Shown here piece by piece: positions 1 through 13,794 of a stretch of DNA of 64,000 nucleotides. The stretch is taken from contig OZ024758.1 of the NCBI GenBank assembly GCA_964016885.1, positions 39,556,001 through 39,620,000 of the forward strand. The letters are read 5' to 3'. Each line of letters starts with the position of its first letter. Within the stretch, counting starts at the first letter, position 1. Below the pieces are notes generated by a model. It was not told where the DNA came from and made no database searches. It was given only the letters and a program-made list of their open reading frames with translations. The translations under genes and the position numbers were made by a program. The stretch comes from Eledone cirrhosa. Lineage: Eukaryota.

Positions 1-3000
1 TCTGACAGCTAATACCATGAACTTAAATGAATTCTCACCAACAGTGGAGTTACTTCTGACAGCTAGTACCATGAACTTAAATGAATTCTCACCAACAGTG
101 GAGTTACTTCTGACAGCTAATACCATGAGCTTAAATGAATTCTCACCAACATTGGAGTTACTTCTGACAACTAATACCATGACTTAAATGAATTCTCACC
201 AACAGTGGAGTTACTTCTGACAAACTAATACCATGAACTTAAATGAATTCTCACCAACAGTGGAGTTACTTCTGACAGCTAGTACCATAAACTTAAATGA
301 ATTCTCACCAACAGTGGAGTTACTTCTGACAGCTAATACCATGAACTTAAATGAATTCTCACCAACAGTGGAGTTACTTCTGACAGCTAATATCATGAAC
401 TTAAATGAATTCTCATCAACATTGGAGTGACTTCTGACAGCTAATACCATGAACTTAAATGAATTCTCACCAACATTGGGTTTACTTCTGACAGCAAGTA
501 CCATGAACTTAAATGAATTCTCACCAACAGTGGAGTGACTTCTGACAGCTAATACCATGAACTTAAATGAATTCTCACCAACAGTGGAGTTACTTCTGAC
601 AGCTAGTACCATGAACTTAAATGAATTCTCACCAACAGTGGAGTTACTTCTGACAGCTAGTACCATGAACTTAAATGAATTCTCACCAACAGTGGAGTTA
701 CTTCTGACAGCTAGTACCATGAACTTAAATGAATTCTCACCAACATTGGAGTGACTTCTGACAGCTAATACCATGAACTTAAATGAATTCTCACCAACAT
801 TGGGGTTACTTCTGACAGCAAGTACCATGAACTTAAATGAATTCTCACCAACAGTGGAGTGACTTCTGACAGCTAATACCATGAACTTAAATGAATTCTC
901 ACCAACATTGGAGTGACTTCTGACAGCTAGTACCATGAACTTAAATGAATTCTCACCAACAGTGGAGTTACTTCTGACAGCTAGTACCATGAACTTAAAT
1001 GAATTCTCACCAACAGTGGAGTTACTTCTGACAGCTAGTACCATGAACTTAAATGAATTCTCACCAACAGTGGAGTTCCTTCTGACAGCTAATACCATGA
1101 ACTTAAATGAATTCTCACCAACAGTGGAGTTACTTCTGACAGCTAGTACCATGACTTAAATGAATTCTCACCAACAGTGGAGTTACTTCTGACAGCTAAT
1201 ACCATGAACTTAAATGAATTCTCACCAACAGTGGAGTTACTTCTGACAGCTAATACCATGAACTTAAATGAATTCTCACCAACATTGGGGTTACTTCTGA
1301 CAGCTAGTACCATGAACTTAAATGAATTCTCACCAACAGTGGACTGACTTCTGACAGCTAATACCATGAACTTAAATGAATTCTCACCAACATTGGAGTG
1401 ACTTCTGACAGCTAATACCATGAACTTAAATGAATTCTCACCAACATTGGGGTTACTTCTGACAGCTAGTACCATGAACTTAAATGAATTCTGAGCAACA
1501 GTGGAGTGACTTCTGACAGCTAATACCATGAACTTAAATGAATTCTCACCAACATTGGAGTGACTTCTGACAGCTAATACCATGAACTTAAATGAATTCT
1601 CACCAACTGTGGAGTTACTTCTGACAGCTAGTACCATGACTTAAATGAATTCTCACCAACATTGGAGTTCCTTCTGACAGCTAATACCATGAATTTAAAT
1701 GAATTCTCACCAACAGTGGAGTTACTTCTGACAGCTAATACCATGAACTTAAATGGATTCTCACCAACAGTGGAGTTACTTCTGACAGCTAATACCATGA
1801 ACTTAAATGAATTCTCACCAACAGTGGAGTTACTTCTGACAGCTAATACCATGAACTTAAATGATTTCTCACCAACATTGGAGTGACTTCTGACAGCTAA
1901 TACCATGAACTTAAATGAATTCTCACCAACATTGGGGTTACTTCTGACAGCTAGTACCATGAACTTAAATGAATTCTCACCAACAGTGGAGTGACTTCTG
2001 ACAGCTAATACCATGAACTTAAATGAATTCTCACCAACATTGGAGTGACTTCTGACAGCTAATACCATGAACTTAAATGAATTCTCACCAACAGTGGAGT
2101 TACTTCTGACAGCTAGTACCATGAACTTAAATGAATTCTCACCAACAGTGGAGTTACTTCTGACAGCTAATACCATGAGCTTAAATGAATTCTCACCAAC
2201 ATTGGAGTTACTTCTGACAACTAATACCATGACTTAAATGAATTCTCACCAACAGTGGAGTTACTTCTGACAAACTAATACCATGAACTTAAATGAATTC
2301 TCACCAACAGTGGAGTTACTTCTGACAGCTAGTACCATGAACTTAAATGAATTCTCACCAACAGTGGAGTTACTTCTGACAGATAATACCATGAACTTAA
2401 ATGAATTCTCACCAACAGTGGAGTTACTTCTGACAGCTAATATCATGAACTTAAATGAATTCTCATCAACATTGGAGTGACTTCTGACAGCTAATACCAT
2501 GAACTTAAATGAATTCTCACCAACATTGGGGTTACTTCTGACAGCAAGTACCATGAACTTAAATGAATTCTCACCAACGGTGGCGTTCCTTCTGACAGCT
2601 AATACCATGAACTTAAATGAATTCTCACCAACAGTGGAGTGACTTCTGACAGCTAATACCATGAACTTAAATGAATTCTCACCAACATTGGAGTGACTTC
2701 TGACAGCTAATACCATGAACTTAAATGAATTCTCACCAACATTGGGGTTACTTCTGACAGCAAGTACCATGAACTTAAATGAATTCTCACCAACAGTGGA
2801 GTGACTTCTGACAGCTAATACCATGAACTTAAATGAATTCTCACCAACATTGGAGTGACTTCTGACAGCTAGTACCATGAACTTAAATGAATTCTCACCA
2901 ACAGTGGAGTTACTTCTGACAGCTAGTACCATGAACTTAAATGAATTCTCACCAACAGTGGAGTTACTTCTGACAGCTAGTACCATGAACTTAAATGAAT

Positions 3001-6000
3001 TCTCACCAACAGTGGAGTTCCTTCTGACAGCTAATACCATGAACTTAAATGAATTCTCACCAACAGTGGAGTTACTTCTGACAGCTAGTACCATGACTTA
3101 AATGAATTCTCACCAACAGTGGAGTTACTTCTGACAGCTAATACCATGGACTTAAATGAATTCTCACCAACAGTGGAGTTACTTCTGACAGCTAGTACCA
3201 TGAACTTAAATGAATTCTCACCAACATTGGAGTTACTTCTGACAACTAATACCATGACTTAAATGAATTCTCACCAACAGTGGAGTTACTTCTGACAACT
3301 AATACCATGAACTTAAATGAATTCTCACCAACAGTGGAGTTACTTCTGACAACTAGTACCATGAACTTAAATGAATTCTCACCAACAGTGGAGTTACTTC
3401 TGACAGCTAATACCATGAACTTAAATGAATTCTCACCAACAGTGGAGTTCCTTCTGACAGCTAATACCATGAACTTAAATGAATTCTCACCAACATTGGA
3501 GTTACTTCTGACAGCTAGTACCATGAACTTAAATGAATTCTCACCAACAGTGGAGTTACTTCTGACAGCTAATACCATGAACTTAAATGAATTCTCACCA
3601 ACAGTGGCGTTCCTTCTGACAGCTAATACCATGAACTTAAATGAATTCTCACCAACAGTGGAGTTACTTCTGACAGCTAGTACCATGACTTAAATGAATT
3701 CTCACCAACATTGGAGTTCCTTCTGACAGCTAATACCATGAACTTAAATGAATTCTCACCAACAGTGGAGTTACTTCTGACAGCTAATACCATGAACTTA
3801 AATGAATTCTCACCAACAGTGGAGTTACTTCTGACAGCTAATACCATGAACTTAAATGAATTCTCACCAACAGTGGACTTACTTCTGACAGCTAATACCA
3901 TGAACTTAAATGAATTCTCACCAACATTGGAGTGACTTCTGACAGCTAATACCATGAACTTAAATGAATTCTCACCAACATTGGGGTTACTTCTGACAGC
4001 TAGTACCATGAACTTAAATGAATTCTCACCAACAGTGGAGTGACTTCTGACAGCTAATACCATGAACTTAAATGAATTCTCACCAACATTGGAGTGACTT
4101 CTGACAGCTAATACCATGAACTTAAATGAATTCTCACCAACAGTGGAGTTACTTCTGACAGCTAATACCATGAGCTTAAATGAATTCTCACCAACAGTGG
4201 AGTTACTTCTGACAGCTAATACCATGAACTTAAATGAATTCTCACCAACAGTGGAGTTACTTCTGACAAACTAATACCATGAACTTAAATGAATTCTCAC
4301 CAACAGTGGAGTTACTTCTGACAGCTAGTACCATGAACTTAAATGAATTCTCACCAACAGTGGAGTTACTTCTGACAGCTAATACCATGAACTTAAATGA
4401 ATTCTCACCAACAGTGGAGTTACTTCTGACAGCTAATATCATGAACTTAAATGAATTCTCACCAACATTGGAGTGACTTCTGACAGCTAATACCATGAAC
4501 TTAAATGAATTCTCACCAACATTGGGGTTACTTCTGACAGCAAGTACCATGAACTTAAATGAATTCTCACCAACAGTGGAGTGACTTCTGACAGCTAATA
4601 CCATGAACTTAAATGAATTCTCACCAACATTGGAGTGACTTCTGACAGCTAGTACCATGAACTTAAATGAATTCTCACCAACAGTGGAGTTACTTCTGAC
4701 AGCTAGTACCATGAACTTAAATGAATTCTCACCAACAGTGGAGTTACTTCTGACAGCTAGTACCATGAACTTAAATGAATTCTCACCAACAGTGGAGTTA
4801 CTTCTGACAGCTAATACCATGAACTTAAATGAATTCTCACCAACAGTGGAGTTACTTCTGACAGCTAGTACCATGACTTAAATGAATTCTCACCAACAGT
4901 GGAGTTACTTCTGACAGCTAATACCATGAACTTAAATGAATTCTCACCAACAGTGGAGTTACTTCTGACAGCTAGTACCATGAACTCTAAATGAATTCTC
5001 ACCAACATTGGAGTTACTTCTGACAACTGATACCATGACTTAAATGAATTCTCACCAACAGTGGAGTTACTTCTGACAACTAATACCATGAACTTAAATG
5101 AATTCTCACCAACAGTGGAGTTACTTCTGACAACTAGTACCATGAACTTAAATGAATTCTCACCAACAGTGGAGTTATTTCTGACAGCTAATACCATGAA
5201 CTTAAATGAATTCTCACCAACAGTGGAGTTCCTTCTGACAGCTAATACCATGAACTTAAATGAATTCTCACCAACATTGGAGTTACTTCTGACAGCTAGT
5301 ACCATGAACTTAAATGAATTCTCACCAACAGTGGCGTTCCTTCTGACAGCTAATACCATGAACTTAAATGAATTCTCACCAACAGTGGAGTTACTTCTGA
5401 CAGCTAGTACCATGACTTAAATGAATTCTCACCAACATTGGAGTTCCTTCTGACAGCTAATACCATGAACTTAAATGAATTCTCACCAACAGTGGAGTTA
5501 CTTCTGACAGCTAATACCATGAACTTAAATGAATTCTCACCAACAGTGGAGTTACTTCTGACAGCTAATACCATGAACTTAAATGAATTCTCACCAACAG
5601 TGGAGTTACTTCTGACAGCTAATACCATGAACTTAAATGAATTCTCACCAACATTGGAGTGACTTCTGACAGCTAATACCATGAACTTAAATGAATTCTC
5701 ACCAACATTGGGGTTACTTCTGACAGCTAGTACCATGAACTTAAATGAATTCTCACCAACAGTGGAGTGACTTCTGACAGCTAATACCATGAACTTAAAT
5801 GAATTCTCACCAACATTGGAGTGACTTCTGACAGCTAATACCATGAACTTAAATGAATTCTCACCAACAGTGGAGTTACTTCTGACAGCTAGTACCATGA
5901 ACTTAAATGAATTCTCACCAACAGTGGAGTTACTTCTGACAGCTAATACCATGAGCTTAAATGAATTCTCACCAACATTGGAGTTACTTCTGACAACTAA

Positions 6001-7600
6001 TACCATGACTTAAATGAATTCTCACCAACAGTGGAGTTACATCTGACAAACTAATACCATGAACTTAAATGAATTCTCACCAACAGTGGAGTTACTTCTG
6101 ACAGCTAGTACCATGAACTTAAATGAATTCTCACCAACAGTGGAGTTACTTCTGACAGCTAATACCATGAACTTAAATGAATTCTCACCAACAGTGGAGT
6201 TACTTCTGACAGCTAATATCATGAACTTAAATGAATTCTCACCAACATTGGAGTGACTTCTGACAGCTAATACCATGAACTTAAATGAATTCTCACCAAC
6301 ATTGGGGTTACTTCTGACAGCAAGTACCATGAACTTAAATGAATTCTCACCAACAGTGGAGTGACTTCTGACAGCTAATACCATGAACTTAAATGAATTC
6401 TCACCAACAGTGGAGTTACTTCTGACAGCTAGTACCATGAACTTAAATGAATTCTCACCAACAGTGGAGTTACTTCTGACAGCTAGTACCATGAACTTAA
6501 ATGAATTCTCACCAACAGTGGAGTTACTTCTGACAGCTAGTACCATGAACTTAAATGAATTCTCACCAACATTGGAGTGACTTCTGACAGCTAATACCAT
6601 GAACTTAAATGAATTCTCACCAACATTGGGGTTACTTCTGACAGCAAGTACCATGAACTTAAATGAATTCTCACCAACAGTGGAGTGACTTCTGACAGCT
6701 AATACCATGAACTTAAATGAATTCGCACCAACATTGGAGTGACTTCTGACAGCTAGTACCATGAACTTAAATGAATTCTCACCAACAGTGGAGTTACTTC
6801 TGACAGCTAGTACCATGAACTTAAATGAATTCTCACCAACAGTGGAGTTACTTCTGACATCTAGTACCATGAACTTAAATGAATTCTCACCAACAGTGGA
6901 GTTCCTTCTGACAGCTAATACCATGAACTTAAATGAATTCTCACCAACAGTGGAGTTACTTCTGACAGCTAGTACCATGACTTAAATGAATTCTCACCAA
7001 CAGTGGAGTTACTTCTGACAGCTAATACCATGAACTTAAATGAATTCTCACCAACAGTGGAGTTACTTCTGACAGCTAGTACCAAGAACTTAAATGAATT
7101 CTCACCAACATTGGAGTTACTTCTGACAACTAATACCATGACTTAAATGAATTCTCACCAACAGTGGAGTTACTTCTGACAACTAATACCATGAACTTAA
7201 ATGAATTCTCACCAACAGTGGAGTTACTTCTGACAACTAGTACCATGAACTTAAATGAATTCTCACCAACAGTGGAGTTACTTCTGACAGCTAATACCAT
7301 GAACTTAAATGAATTCTCACCAACAGTGGAGTTCCTTCTGACAGCTAATACCATGAACTTAAATGAATTCTCACCAACATTGGAGTTACTTCTGACAGCT
7401 AGTACCATGAACTTAAATGAATTCTCACCAACAGTGGAGTTACTTCTGACAGCTAATACCATGAACTTAAATGAATTCTCACCAACAGTGGCGTTCCTTC
7501 TGACAGCTAATACCATGAACTTAAATGAATTCTCACCAACAGTGGAGTTACTTCTGACAGCTAGTACCATGACTTAAATGAATTCTCACCAACATTGGAG
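1..7600. repeat. Loose higher-order repeat of ~1.8-2.05 kb (33-38 monomers), sub-domain A
   Basis: The marker series GAGCTT (127, 2177, 4172, 5953), ACAAACT monomer (~220, 2270, 4266, 6046), AATATC (~389, 2439, 4435, 6215) and GCAAGT (~494, 2544, 4540, 6320) recurs in the same order at spacings of 2050, 1996 and 1780 bp. Confidence 0.85.
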
Positions 7601-8039
7601 TTCCTTCTGACAGCTAATACCATGAACTTAAATGAATTCTCACCAACAGTGGAGTTACTTCTGACAGCTAATACCATGAACTTAAATGAATTCTCACCAA
7701 CAGTGGAGTTACTTCTGACAGCTAATACCATGAACTTAAATGAATTCTCACCAACAGTGGAGTTACTTCTGACAGCTAATACCATGAACTTAAATGAATT
7801 CACACCAACAGTGGAGTTACTTCTGACAGCTAGTACCATGAACTTAAATGAATTCTCACCAACAGTGGAGTTACTTCTGACAGCTAGTACCATGAACTTA
7901 AATGAATTCTCACCAACAGTGGAGTTACTTCTGACAGCTAGTACCATGAACTTAAATGAATTCTCACCAACAGTGGAGTTACTTCTGACAGCTAGTAACA
8001 TGAACTTAAATGAATTCTCACCAACATTGGAGTGACTTC

Positions 8040-9280
8040 TGACAGCTAATACCATGAACTTAAATGAATTCTCACCAACAGTGGAGTTACTTCTGACAGC
8101 TAGTACCATGAACTTAAATGAATTCTCACCAACAGTGGAGTTCCTTCTGACAGCTAATACCATGAACTTAAATGAATTCTCACCAACAGTGGAGTTACTT
8201 CTGACAGCTAGTACCATGACTTAAATGAATTCTCACCAACAGTGGAGTTACTTCTGACAGCTAATACCATGAACTTAAATGAATTCTCACCAACAGTGGA
8301 GTTACTTCTTACAGCTAGTACCATGAATTTAATGAATTCTCACCAACATTGGAGTTACTTCTGACAACTAATACCATGACTTAAATGAATTCTCACCAAC
8401 AGTGGAGTTACTTCTGACAACTAATACCATGAACTTAAATGAATTCTCACCAACAGTGGAGTTACTTCTGACAGCTAGTACCATGAACTTAAATGAATTC
8501 TCACCAACAGTGGAGTTACTTCTGACAGCTAGTACCATGAACTTAAATGAATTCTCACCAACAGTGGAGTTACTTCTGACAGCTAGTACCATAAACTTAA
8601 ATGAATTCTCACCAACAGTGGAGTTACTTCTGACAGCTAGTACCATGAACTTAAATGAATTCTCACCAACATTGGAGTGACTTCTGACAGCTAATACCAT
8701 GAACTTAAATGAATTCTCACCAACATTGGGGTTACTTCTGACAGCAAGTACCATGAACTTAAATGAATTCTCACCCACAGTGGAGTGACTTCTGACAGCT
8801 AATACCATGAACTTAAATGAATTCGCACCAACATTGGAGTGACTTCTGACAGCTAGTACCATGAACTTAAATGAATTCTCACCAACAGTGGAGTTACTTC
8901 TGACAGCTAGTACCATGAACTTAAATGAATTCTCACCAACAGTGGAGTTCCTTCTGACAGCTAATACCATGAACTTAAATGAATTCTCACCAACAGTGGA
9001 GTTACTTCTGACAGCTAGTACCATGACTTAAATGAATTCTCACCAACAGTGGAGTTACTTCTGACAGCTAATACCATGAACTTAAATGAATTCTCACCAA
9101 CAGTGGAGTTACTTCTGACAGCTAGTACCATGAATTTAATGAATTCTCACCAACATTGGAGTTACTTCTGACAACTAATACCATGACTTAAATGAATTCT
9201 CACCAACAGTGGAGTTACTTCTGACAACTAATACCATGAACTTAAATGAATTCTCACCAACAGTGGAGTTACTTCTGACA
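8040..9280. repeat. Partial duplication, 807-bp period (15 monomers)
   Basis: The rare ATGAATTTAATG deletion variant occurs at ~8323 and ~9130. ORF-track boundaries 8368/9175 and 8402/9209 differ by 807. Confidence 0.7.
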
Positions 9281-12200
9281 ACTAGTACCATGAACTTAAA
9301 TGAATTCTCACCAACAGTGGAGTTACTTCTGACAGCTAGTACCATGAACTTAAATGAATTCTCACCAACTGTGGAGTTCCTTCTGACAGCTAATACCATG
9401 AACTTAAATGAATTCTCACCAACAGTGGAGTTACTTCTGACAGCTAGTACCATGACTTAAATGAATTCTCACCAACAGTGGAGTTACTTCTGACAGCTAA
9501 TACCATGAACTTAAATGAATTCTCACCAACAGTGGAGTTACTTCTGACAGCTAGTACCATGAACTTAAATGAATTCTCACCAACATTGGAGTTACTTCTG
9601 ACAACTAATACCATGACTTAAATGAATTCTCACCAACATTGGAGTTACTTCTGACAACTAATACCATGACTTAAATGAATTCTCACCAACAGTGGAGTTA
9701 CTTCTGACAGCTAATACCATGAACTTAAATGAATTCTCACCAACAGTGGCGTTCCTTCTGACAGCTAATACCATGAACTTAAATGAATTCTCACCAACAG
9801 TGGAGTTACTTCTGACAGCTAGTACCATGACTTAAATGAATTCTCACCAACATTGGAGTTCCTTCTGACAGCTAATACCATGAACTTAAATGAATTCTCA
9901 CCAACAGTGGAGTTACTTCTGACAGCTAATACCATGAACTTAAATGAATTCTCACCAACAGTGGAGTTACTTCTGACAGCTAATACCATGAACTTAAATG
10001 AATTCTCACCAACAGTGGAGTTACTTCTGACAGCTAATACCATGAACTTAAATGAATTCTCACCAACATTGGAGTGACTTCTGACAGCTAATACCATGAA
10101 CTTAAATGAATTCTCACCAACAGTGGAGTTACTTCTGACAGCTAGTACCATGAACTTAAATGAATTCTCACCAACAGTGGAGTTCCTTCTGACAGCTAAT
10201 ACCATGAACTTAAATGAATTCTCACCAACAGTGGAGTTACTTCTGACAGCTAGTACCATGACTTAAATGAATTAACACCAACAATGGAGTTACTTCTGAC
10301 AGCTAATACCATGACTTAAATGAATTCTCACCAACAGTGGAGTTACTTCTGACAGCTAATACCATGAACTTAAATGAATTCTCACCAACAGTGGAGTTAC
10401 TTCTGACAGCTAGTACCATGACTTAAATGAATTCTCACCAACATTGGAGTTCCTTCTGACAGCTAATACCATGAACTTAAATGAATTCTCACCAACAGTG
10501 GAGTTACTTCTGACAGCTAATACCATGAACTTAAATGGATTCTCACCAACAGTGGAGTTACTTCTGACAGCTAATACCATGAACTTAAATGAATTCTCAC
10601 CAACAGTGGAGTTACTTCTGACAGCTAATACCATGAACTTAAATGAATTCTCACCAGCATTGGGGTTACTTCTGACAGCTAGTACCATGAACTTAAATGA
10701 ATTCTCACCAACAGTGGAGTGACTTCTGACAGCTAATACCATGAACTTCAATGAATTCTCACCAACATTGGAGTGACTTCTGACAGCTAATACCATGATC
10801 TTAAATGAATTCTCACCAACAGTGGAGTTACTTCTGACAGCTAGTACCATGAACTTAAATGAATTCTCACCAACAGTGGAGTTACTTCTGACAGCTAATA
10901 CCATGAACTTAAATGAATTCTCACCAACATTGGAGTTACTTCTGACAACTAATACCATGACTTAAATGAATTCTCACCAACAGTGGAGTTACTTCTGACA
11001 AACTAATACCATGAACTTAAATGAATTCTCACCAACTGTGGAGTTACTTCTGACAGCTAATACCATGAACTTAAATGAATTCTCACCAACAGTGGAGTTA
11101 CTTCTGACAGCTAATACCATGAACTTAAATGAATTCTCACCAACATTGGAGTTACTTCTGACAGCTAATACCATGACTTAAATGAATTCTCACCAACAGT
11201 GGAGTTACTTCTGACAGCTAATACCATGAACTTAAATGAATTCTCACCAACATTGGAGTTACTTCTGACAGCTAGTACCATGAACTTAAATGAATTCTCA
11301 CCAACAGTGGAGTTACTTCTGACAGCTAATACCGTGAACTTAAATGAATTCTCACCAACAGTGGAGTTCCTTCTGACAGCTAATACCATGAACTTAAATG
11401 AATTCTCACCAACATTGGAGTTACTTCTGACAGCTAGTACCATGAACTTAAATGAATTCTCACCAACAGTGGAGTTACTTCTGACAGCTAATACCATGAA
11501 CTTAAATGAATTCTCACCAACAGTGTAGTTCCTTCTGACAGCTAATACCATGAACTTAAATGAATTCTCACCAACAGTGGAGTTACTTCTGACAGCTAAT
11601 ACCATGAACTTAAATGAATTCTCACCAACAGTGGAGTTCCTTCTGACAGCTAATACCATGAACTTAAATGAATTCACACCAACATTGGAGTTACTTCTGA
11701 CAGCTAGTACCATGAACTTAAATGAATTCTCACCAACAGTGGAGTTACTTCTGACAGCTAATACCATGAACTTAAATGAATTCTCACCAACAGTGGCGTT
11801 CCTTCTGACAGCTAATACCATGAACTTAAATGAATTCTCACCAACAGTGGAGTTACTTCTGACAGCTAGTACCATGACTTAAATGAATTCTCACCAACAT
11901 TGGAGTTCCTTCTGACAGCTAATACCATGAACTTAAATGAATTCTCACCAACAGTGGAGTTACTTCTGACAGCTAATACCATGAACTTAAATGAATTCTC
12001 ACCAACAGTGGAGTGACTTCTGACAGCTAATACCATGAACTTAAATGAATTCTCACCAACAGTGGAGTTACTTCTGACAGCTAGTACCATGAACTTAAAT
12101 GAATTCTCACTAACAGTGGAGTTACTTCTGACAGCTAGTACCATGAACTTAAATGAATTCTCACCAACAGTGGAGTTACTTCTGACAGCTAGTACCATGA

Positions 12201-13794
12201 ACTTAAATGAATTCTCACCAACAGTGGAGTTACTTCTGACAGCTAGTTCCATGAACTTAAATGAATTCTCACCAACATTGGAGTGACTTCTGACAGCTAA
12301 TACCATGAACTTAAATGAATTCTCACCAACATTGGGGTTACTTCTGACAGCAAGTACCATGAACTTAAATGAATTCTCACCAACAGTGGAGTGACTTCTG
12401 ACAGCTAATACCATGAACTTAAATGAATTCGCACCAACATTGGAGTGACTTCTGACAGCTAGTACCATGAACTTAAATGAATTCTCACCAACAGTGGAGT
12501 TACTTCTGACAGCTAGTACCATGAACTTAAATGAATTCTCACCAACAGTGGAGTTACTTCTGACAGCTAGTACCATGAACTTAAATGAATTCTCACCAAC
12601 AGTGGAGTTCCTTCTGACAGCTAATACCATGAACTTAAATGAATTCTCACCAACAGTGGAGTTACTTCTGACAGCTAGTACCATGACTTAAATGAATTCT
12701 CACCAACAGTGGAGTTACTTCTGACAGCTAATACCATGAACTTAAATGAATTCTCACCAACAGTGGAGTTACTTCTGACAGCTAGTACCATGAATTTAAT
12801 GAATTCTCACCAACATTGGAGTTACTTCTGACAACTAATACCATGACTTAAATGAATTCTCACCAACAGTGGAGTTACTTCTGACAACTAATACCATGAA
12901 CTTAAATGAATTCTCACCAACAGTGGAGTTACTTCTGACAACTAGTACCATGAACTTAAATGAATTCTCACCAACAGTGGAGTTACTTCTGACAGCTAAT
13001 ACCATGAACTTAAATGAATTCTCACCAACAGTGGAGTTCCTTCTGACAGCTAATACCATGAACTTAAATGAATTCTCACCAACATTGGAGTTATTTCTGA
13101 CAGCTAGTACCATGAACTTAAATGAATTCTCACCAACAGTGGAGTTACTTCTGACAGCTAATACCATGAACTTAAATGAATTCTCACCAACAGTGGAGTT
13201 ACTTCTGACAGCTAATACCATGAACTTAAATGAATTCTCACCAACAGTGGAGTTACTTCTGACAGCTAGTACCATGACTTAAATGAATTCTCACCAACAT
13301 TGGAGTTCCTTCTGACAGCAAATACCATGAACTTAAATGAATTCTCACCAACAGTGGAGTTACTTCTGACAGCTAATACCATGAACTTAAATGAATTCTC
13401 ACCAACAGTGGAGTTACTTCTGACAGCTAATACCATGAACTTAAATGAATTCTCACCAACAGTGGAGTTACTTCTGACAGCTAATACCATGAACTTAAAT
13501 GAATTCTCACCAACATTGGAGTGACTTCTGACAGCTAATACCATGAACTTAAATGAATTCTCACCAACAGTGGAGTTACTTCTGACAGCTAGTACCATGA
13601 ACTTAAATGAATTCTCACCAACAGTGGAGTTACTTCTGACAGCTAATACCATGAACTTAAATGAATTCTCACCAACATTGGGGTTACTTCTGACAGCTAG
13701 TACCATGAACTTAAATGAATTCTCACCAACAGTGGAGTGACTTCTGACAGCTAATACCATGAACTTCAATGAATTCTCACCAACATTGGAGTGA

